This document shows, one piece after another, positions 59,298 to 64,000 of a stretch of DNA of 64,000 nt. Source of the stretch: an uncultured Actinomycetota bacterium (GTDB lineage: Bacteria > Actinomycetota > Actinomycetes > CAVWCF01); contig CAVWCF010000001.1 in assembly GCA_963753435.1 (NCBI GenBank), positions 1,626,711 to 1,690,710 on the forward strand, given 5' to 3'. Numbering within the stretch: position 1 is the stretch's first letter; every line of letters starts with the position of its first letter. The position numbers and the translations under genes are program-made. The notes below the pieces were generated by a model. It saw only the letters and a program-made list of their open reading frames with translations, was not told where the DNA came from and searched no databases.

Positions 59298-59849
59298 TCA
59301 GCTGCGCCCGGACTTGCCCGCGCCCTTGCCCTTGTTCGCCTTGGCCGGCTTCTGCTTGTCCGGCTTGGGGCCCTCGTCCGCCTTGTCGTCATCCTCGGAC
59401 TCGTCGGCGGACTTCTCTTCTTCGGACTCAGACGCTTCGGCGTCGTCCTTGGCCGGCTTGCCGCAGTCGTCCTGGGCGGCAGCAGCCATCAGCGCGCCCC
59501 GCTCGGCGCCGCTGAGTGCCCGCCGTTCTTCACTCTTGGCCACTCCGGAGACGTACTCCCCGTGGTTGCGGACCCCCTCGGGGCATTCGGGCGCGACCAC
59601 TTCGGATTCGGCTTTGGCTTGCTCGGACTCGGACTCGGACTCGGACTCGGTCTTGGGCTCGGGTGACTCCGTGCCCTCCGACTCGTTCTCGGACCCCTCT
59701 TCCTGGGTGGGGGTGATCTCGGGGCTGGGGGTGATCTCCTCGGTCGTGATCGGCGCGGGTTCGGTCGGCACGTTTTCGGCCGCCATGGCGACCCCGCCAC
59801 CGACCAGCACCGTTGCGACTACTGCCGGGACCACGCTCTTCCAGGACAT
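59298..59849 (-). CDS. secreted highly acidic low-complexity protein (SESESE / E-rich, K-rich C-terminus)
   Basis: Signal peptide MSWKSVVPAVVATVLVGGGVAMA; GACTCG tandem codon repeat at 59622-59650. Confidence 0.5.
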   Translation of the reverse strand: MSWKSVVPAVVATVLVGGGVAMAAENVPTEPAPITTEEITPSPEITPTQEEGSENESEGTESPEPKTESESESESEQAKAESEVVAPECPEGVRNHGEYVSGVAKSEERRALSGAERGALMAAAAQDDCGKPAKDDAEASESEEEKSADESEDDDKADEGPKPDKQKPAKANKGKGAGKSGRS

Positions 59850-59984
59850 CCCTGATTCCCCTCCGTTGGACTCCGTGCCGCCATCATCGTCCCGCCAAAG
59901 GCACGGATTCAATCAATCGGGCCGATTCACCCGCACGGATCAGCCGGGGCGAGCGAACGATCGGCCCGTCCTGCCGGTCCAGGA

Positions 59985-60557
59985 TCAGGTGTGCGACTGA
60001 CCGCCGACCAGCACCAGGTCGACGAGTCGCCGGGCGGTCGCGTTGCTGGCGGGCGATCCGAGCAGCGCACGCACGTGCAGCGGATTGACCATCGCCTCCC
60101 ACAGCAGCGTCGCATCGACGTCCGATCGGATTTGCCCTGCGCGTTGCGCGGCGGCGATCACGTCGGTGGCGAGCCGGTAGCGGCCGGTGAGGAAGGACCT
60201 GGTGACCTGGAGCGTGTCGGGGTCCTCGGCTCCGGCGGCGACTACGGCGCGCAACAGCGCACCCCCGGTGGGCGATCGCAGCACCTTGGCGACGGAGACG
60301 GCCAGCGTGTGCAGGTCGGCGATCGGATCCCCGGTGGTGACCGGCGGGACTGCCGCGTTGGCGAGCCGTTCAGCGGCGGCGCCGATCAATGCCGGCCGGG
60401 TCGGCCAGCGGCGATACACGGTGGTCTTGTGCACGCCAGCGGCCGCTGCGACGTCTTCCATGGAGAACCCGGCGCCGCGCTCAGTGATCAGCGCCAGGGT
60501 GGTGTCCAGGACGGTGTCGGCGACGGCCTCACCGCGGCGGTGGGTGGGCTCAGCCAC
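59985..60557 (-). CDS. TetR/AcrR-family transcriptional regulator
   Basis: N-terminal HTH (FSMEDVAAAAGVHKTTVYRRWPTR). Confidence 0.85.
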   Translation of the reverse strand: MAEPTHRRGEAVADTVLDTTLALITERGAGFSMEDVAAAAGVHKTTVYRRWPTRPALIGAAAERLANAAVPPVTTGDPIADLHTLAVSVAKVLRSPTGGALLRAVVAAGAEDPDTLQVTRSFLTGRYRLATDVIAAAQRAGQIRSDVDATLLWEAMVNPLHVRALLGSPASNATARRLVDLVLVGGQSHT

Positions 60558-61032
60558 GCTCGGCCCGTTCCTTGCAGGCGGCGTTCATCGCAGCGAAGGC
60601 GTCGGCGGTGGCGCCGGTGAGCATGCCGCGCGCGAGCGGGATCAATGCGCCGGTGAGCCGCTCGGCGTGGACGAGTCGGCAGTGGTCGTCATCGATCGGC
60701 TCAATGGTGAACGAGTGCCGGCCGTCGAACAGGCCCTTGATGCCAAGGTGGCCGAGCCAAGCGAAGCGGTGGCCGGGGTCGAGCTCAACCACGGTGGGGC
60801 GGAACGTCGTGGGGCGGCGGCCAGGCAGGTTCAGAGTGACGTCAAGGCGGCCACCGAGTGCGATAGGTCCGGTGAACGACGTGATGAACGGGTTCCAGTC
60901 GGGGTAGTCGTCGGTGTCGGTGAGGATCCGCCAGACGGTGTCGGCGGGGGCGTTGATGGCGGTGTCGATCCGGATGTCCACGGCGAACGCAGAGCTGTCG
61001 ACGTGGCGGGTGGTGTGTTCGGTGGCTGGCAC
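60550..61032 (-). CDS. SRPBCC (polyketide cyclase/AHSA1-like) ligand-binding domain protein
   Basis: SRPBCC fold pattern (INAPADTVWRILTD...YPDWNP...); 8-nt overlap with TetR gene. Confidence 0.75.
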   Translation of the reverse strand: MPATEHTTRHVDSSAFAVDIRIDTAINAPADTVWRILTDTDDYPDWNPFITSFTGPIALGGRLDVTLNLPGRRPTTFRPTVVELDPGHRFAWLGHLGIKGLFDGRHSFTIEPIDDDHCRLVHAERLTGALIPLARGMLTGATADAFAAMNAACKERAERG

Positions 61033-61041
61033 GGGGTGCTC

Positions 61042-61105
61042 CTATCGCAACAAGTGATGCGATAGGTCTATCACAGTGTTCTGCGCTAACGCAACAAGAG
61101 TTGCG
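61042..61105. promoter_or_regulatory. two related palindromes (CTATCGCAACAAGTGATGCGATAG; CGCAACAAGAGTTGCG) upstream of SRPBCC-TetR operon, candidate TetR operators
   Basis: Inverted repeats sharing CGCAACAAG core, 10-75 nt upstream of start 61032. Confidence 0.45.
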
Positions 61106-61111
61106 AAGAAG

Positions 61112-61184
61112 TGCCCCCGGCAGGATTCGAACCTGCGACACACGGTTTAGGAAACCGTTGCTCTATCCCCTGAGCTACGGGGGC
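61112..61184 (-). tRNA. tRNA-Arg (anticodon CCT), CCA not encoded
   Basis: Cloverleaf by eye: acceptor GCCCCCG/CGGGGGC, D-arm GCTCAGGGGATAGAGC, anticodon stem ACGGT/ACCGT loop TTCCTAA, T-arm GCAGGTTCGAATCCTGC. Confidence 0.9.
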
Positions 61185-61370
61185 GGGACGTGCGTAATTG
61201 CGTGCGGAAAACCTGGCTGGAGTTCTCGCGGTGGTGTTCGTCTCGCCGTGGCGGCGATTCTAGGTGCCGGTAGGGGCCGGATTGGTCGTCGCGGGACGGT
61301 CGTTGCTGCCTGATCTTGGTGGTGGGGCATGCCGAAGCGCCCGCGGGTAGCGGGGTCTGGAGGGGACGGG

Positions 61371-62909
61371 TCAGGCGACCAGGTCGGGTGGCGGTGCGTG
61401 TTGTCGGGTGATGGCGCGTTGCCATACGTGTAGTGCCCAGGCGTTCTGCGCCATGGCGGCGAGCAGGATGACGATGGTCTGCCGGTGAACGCCCCAGGCG
61501 GGCAGGCGTTGCTTGTGGAAGGCGAATTCGAGTTGGGCGTTCAGCGATTCGGTGTCCGCACGCATCCCGTAGAGGCGGTCGTAGTTGGTGTCGTCGATGG
61601 CGACGGCGCGGAGGTACTCGCCGCGGTGGAACCCGGATGCCTCGTCGGCGGCGACGGGGGTAAGCGGTTCCCACCACTTGTGGGTGGTCCCGGTCGCTGC
61701 GCACTTGAGGCGGTGCTCGGCATACAACGCCCAGCTGCCGTCGGCCTTGGGCTGCCGTTTGATTCCGCCGCGGAGGATGGGTTGGTAGTCAGGGGTCCCA
61801 TCGACGGTGAGGACCTTCTCGAAGAGCCCACCCCCGGCGGCCCACAGGTCATGGCCGCAGTCGGCGAACGCCTTCGTGCGGGCGCGGGATGCTGGAAGTG
61901 GTTTCGCGGCGTGGCCGTAGCCGTTGGTGATGATCCCGCCGTGCTTCTTGTCTTTGCGTCGCGGTGGTGAGATGACGAGGCGGCCGGTGGCGGCCTGCAC
62001 GGTGCTGATGTGGGTACCGCGCAGCGCCCCGTCGGTGACGAACCCGACGACACCGGGGGATTCCGAAGCAATGTCGATGGCGAGATCGGTGAACGGACCG
62101 CCCTCACCGCGACCGTCTTTGGTGATCCGTTGGATCCCACATACGACCCGATGCCCTGTCATCGGCGACCGAATGGAGGCGATGGCGTACTTAGATCCCC
62201 AGACGACGTCCTCGGTGCCCCCTTCGCCGTGGCGCCCGCGGGCTGGGTCCTGTCGGATGGGCCGGATCTCCCCGGTTCTCCGGTCGACTCGTTCAGTGTC
62301 CGTGGTTCGCAGGGGGGAGCTGAACACTTTCCCGTCGATGCCGACCAACCGGGTGCGGTCCGGTTTCGACCACGACAGGCCGTCCGGGTTGGCCAGGCCG
62401 ACTTCATGTGCACGGGAGATTCCCAAGACGAGCTGCGTCGCGGTCAGATGCTCGAGGTGCCCGTCGAGTCGTCGGGTCAGATAGCCGTACTGGTCCCGGG
62501 TCGGTCCGCGGTCGGGGATCGGTTCGTCGGGTGGCAGGTTCGGCAGGGCTGCTTTCACGACCAGCGCCCAAAGCCCCGGCTCGGCCAAGTTGCGGGCGGC
62601 GGCTGCGGCGGAGCCGAACACGCTGATGGACTGGCCGAGGAGCAGCACCGCCCAGGTTGGGTGTTTCCGCGGCCGCCCACCGACCTTCGGGTCCCTCTGC
62701 GTCCATTCATCGATCCGATCCGCCAGGGCGAACAGGTGCGGATCGGCAGCGATCGCCTGCAAATGCGTGATCAGGGTTTGAGCGTCGTCGGCCTTCTCCC
62801 GCGCCGTCTGCCTTCGCAATACGAAGACGGCTTCGCGGACCTGCTCCGTGGTGGCGCCGTGCAGCCGCCGCCCCCTTCCAGGGGCCACCGCCGCACGACG
62901 CGCCGACAC
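61371..62909 (-). CDS. DDE-type transposase-like protein (IS4/IS701-superfamily-like; family unassigned)
   Basis: 512 aa; candidate DDE residues (LVGIDGK, FVTDGAL) and C-terminal Y-x2-R-x3-E motif (YGMRADTE...K). Confidence 0.45.
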   Translation of the reverse strand: MSARRAAVAPGRGRRLHGATTEQVREAVFVLRRQTAREKADDAQTLITHLQAIAADPHLFALADRIDEWTQRDPKVGGRPRKHPTWAVLLLGQSISVFGSAAAAARNLAEPGLWALVVKAALPNLPPDEPIPDRGPTRDQYGYLTRRLDGHLEHLTATQLVLGISRAHEVGLANPDGLSWSKPDRTRLVGIDGKVFSSPLRTTDTERVDRRTGEIRPIRQDPARGRHGEGGTEDVVWGSKYAIASIRSPMTGHRVVCGIQRITKDGRGEGGPFTDLAIDIASESPGVVGFVTDGALRGTHISTVQAATGRLVISPPRRKDKKHGGIITNGYGHAAKPLPASRARTKAFADCGHDLWAAGGGLFEKVLTVDGTPDYQPILRGGIKRQPKADGSWALYAEHRLKCAATGTTHKWWEPLTPVAADEASGFHRGEYLRAVAIDDTNYDRLYGMRADTESLNAQLEFAFHKQRLPAWGVHRQTIVILLAAMAQNAWALHVWQRAITRQHAPPPDLVA

Positions 62910-62918
62910 GATCCCCGA

Positions 62919-63941
62919 CTACCCCCGCACCACGACAGCGGCCGCGTCGCCACGAATCTGGTCCGCCCACGCCGCCTGCCAATCGGCGTCGAGACGCCGC
63001 CGAGCAGCATCGAGGGACCGCAGACCCAGGACGTCGGCGACGTCTTCGACGCGGCCCGTCAAGGCGTAGCGGCGGTTCGCCGCATACGACTGCAACGACC
63101 CTGCCCGCACCCCGGCCCGATCTATCCCTGCCGCACGCAACGCCCGATGCAACGTGTGGGCAACCGCGGGAGCCAGGCTCTGCGGCTGATACCGGTCCAG
63201 TGGCTGGCCCATCGCCAACGGCGCGGTGCCCGTATCAAACTCGACCCGCTTCCGCGCGGCCGCCCTACGCAGGGCGTCGACCCGCTGGTCCAGGGTCGCC
63301 ACGGCCGCTGGCTCCAGCGCGACCACCCGAGGTCGGGATTGACCACGGCCCGCCAACCGCAGCGTCGCCGCCCTCGGGTCGAAATCAGCCACCAGTGCCG
63401 CGGCGATGTCCGCCTGCGCGGCGCCCGCCAACGCCAACTCCACCGCCGCCGGGGACACTGTGTCCGCCGTCGACAATCGACCCGCGACCCGAAGACGCGC
63501 CACCTCCGACGGCGTCAGCGGCGGAATCGGACCCGGCGACCGATCGGGAGTGATTACGTCGGCTGGCACCAGGGCGGGATCCACCCAGCCGCGATCCACC
63601 CAGATCCGCGCTGCGGCCCGGAGCGCTCCCTGCCGGCCCCGCCGGGTCTGTGCCGCCACCGGCTGGCCCGCTCGCGCCCGTGACCCCGGCGATACCGCGC
63701 TCACCGGAGCCGCCACCCACGCCCGACACAACCCAGGCGTCAGATCCGCTAGCGACGTGACGCCCGACGCCGTCGCGAACCGCGCGAACGTCTCGAGATG
63801 CCGTACGTAGAGCTGCTCCGTCCGAGGCGTCAGCCCCCCGGCCGCTCGGCGTTCAGCCCACGCCGCGGCAACTTCCGCCAGCCCGTTCGCCAGCGAAACT
63901 GATTCGACCATCACCGCCTCCGTTCTGCCGATCCGGACCAC
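62919..63941 (-). CDS. tyrosine-recombinase/phage-integrase-like protein, probably degenerate
   Basis: N-terminal SAM-like core-binding pattern (LYVRHLETFARFA...LADLTPGLCRAWV); C-terminal HTLHRAL and Tyr-containing end, but box I Arg not evident. Confidence 0.4.
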   Translation of the reverse strand: MVRIGRTEAVMVESVSLANGLAEVAAAWAERRAAGGLTPRTEQLYVRHLETFARFATASGVTSLADLTPGLCRAWVAAPVSAVSPGSRARAGQPVAAQTRRGRQGALRAAARIWVDRGWVDPALVPADVITPDRSPGPIPPLTPSEVARLRVAGRLSTADTVSPAAVELALAGAAQADIAAALVADFDPRAATLRLAGRGQSRPRVVALEPAAVATLDQRVDALRRAAARKRVEFDTGTAPLAMGQPLDRYQPQSLAPAVAHTLHRALRAAGIDRAGVRAGSLQSYAANRRYALTGRVEDVADVLGLRSLDAARRRLDADWQAAWADQIRGDAAAVVVRG

Positions 63942-64000
63942 CCGAACCGTCTACTTCAAGTTGTAAGCCCCGACGGCGCGCATTTGTGTTCACACTTCTG

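Larger units (their letters stand above)
61185..64000. mobile_element. putative mobile-element remnant adjacent to tRNA-Arg 5' side (transposase-like + degenerate tyrosine-recombinase-like genes); extends to/over window edge
   Basis: tRNA adjacency, gene content; no terminal repeats identifiable within window. Confidence 0.4.

Overview
High-GC (about 70%) Actinomycetota chromosomal segment. Gene order and content resemble a mycobacteria/Frankia-like core: tRNA-Thr, Rieske protein, CPBP protease, K+ channel, DUF3263 with a LytR_C protein, cspA, groEL2 behind tandem CIRCE elements, XPB/ercc3 helicase with its large conserved partner, cspB-like, thpR, serC, citA, VKOR, pdxH, photolyase, ideR, csoR, P-type ATPase, rbpA, tryptophanase and others. 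No tools were run, so all identifications rest on motif and family recognition by eye, and coordinates of starts are approximate where alternative starts exist. Features that look regulatory or accessory: (1) a SAM-I (S-box) riboswitch whose P1 helix overlaps the Shine-Dalgarno of a threonine-synthase-like PLP enzyme that is translationally coupled to a MoaD/ThiS-type sulfur carrier ending in GG-CC (MetM/MetO-like homocysteine route); (2) two near-identical CsoR-type operator palindromes (ATACCCC-NN-GGGGTAT), one in front of csoR and one in front of a pair of tiny coupled ORFs, the first cysteine-rich; (3) a 40-49 kb block with an unusually fused branched-chain-amino-acid-type ABC transporter (permease-permease-ATPase in one 911-aa protein; a second ATPase with an N-terminal 4-TM His-containing domain that has a free-standing paralog coupled to a GntR regulator), two paralogous neocarzinostatin-fold surface proteins (one LPXTG-anchored, one lipoprotein) and a shared 15-nt promoter/operator motif; (4) three genes with apparent +1 frameshifts (substrate-binding protein, SDR, secreted serine protease), either pseudogenes or indel errors; (5) a tRNA-Arg(CCT) flanked by a transposase-like and a degenerate tyrosine-recombinase-like gene running to the window edge. 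No rRNA and no CRISPR array were seen.
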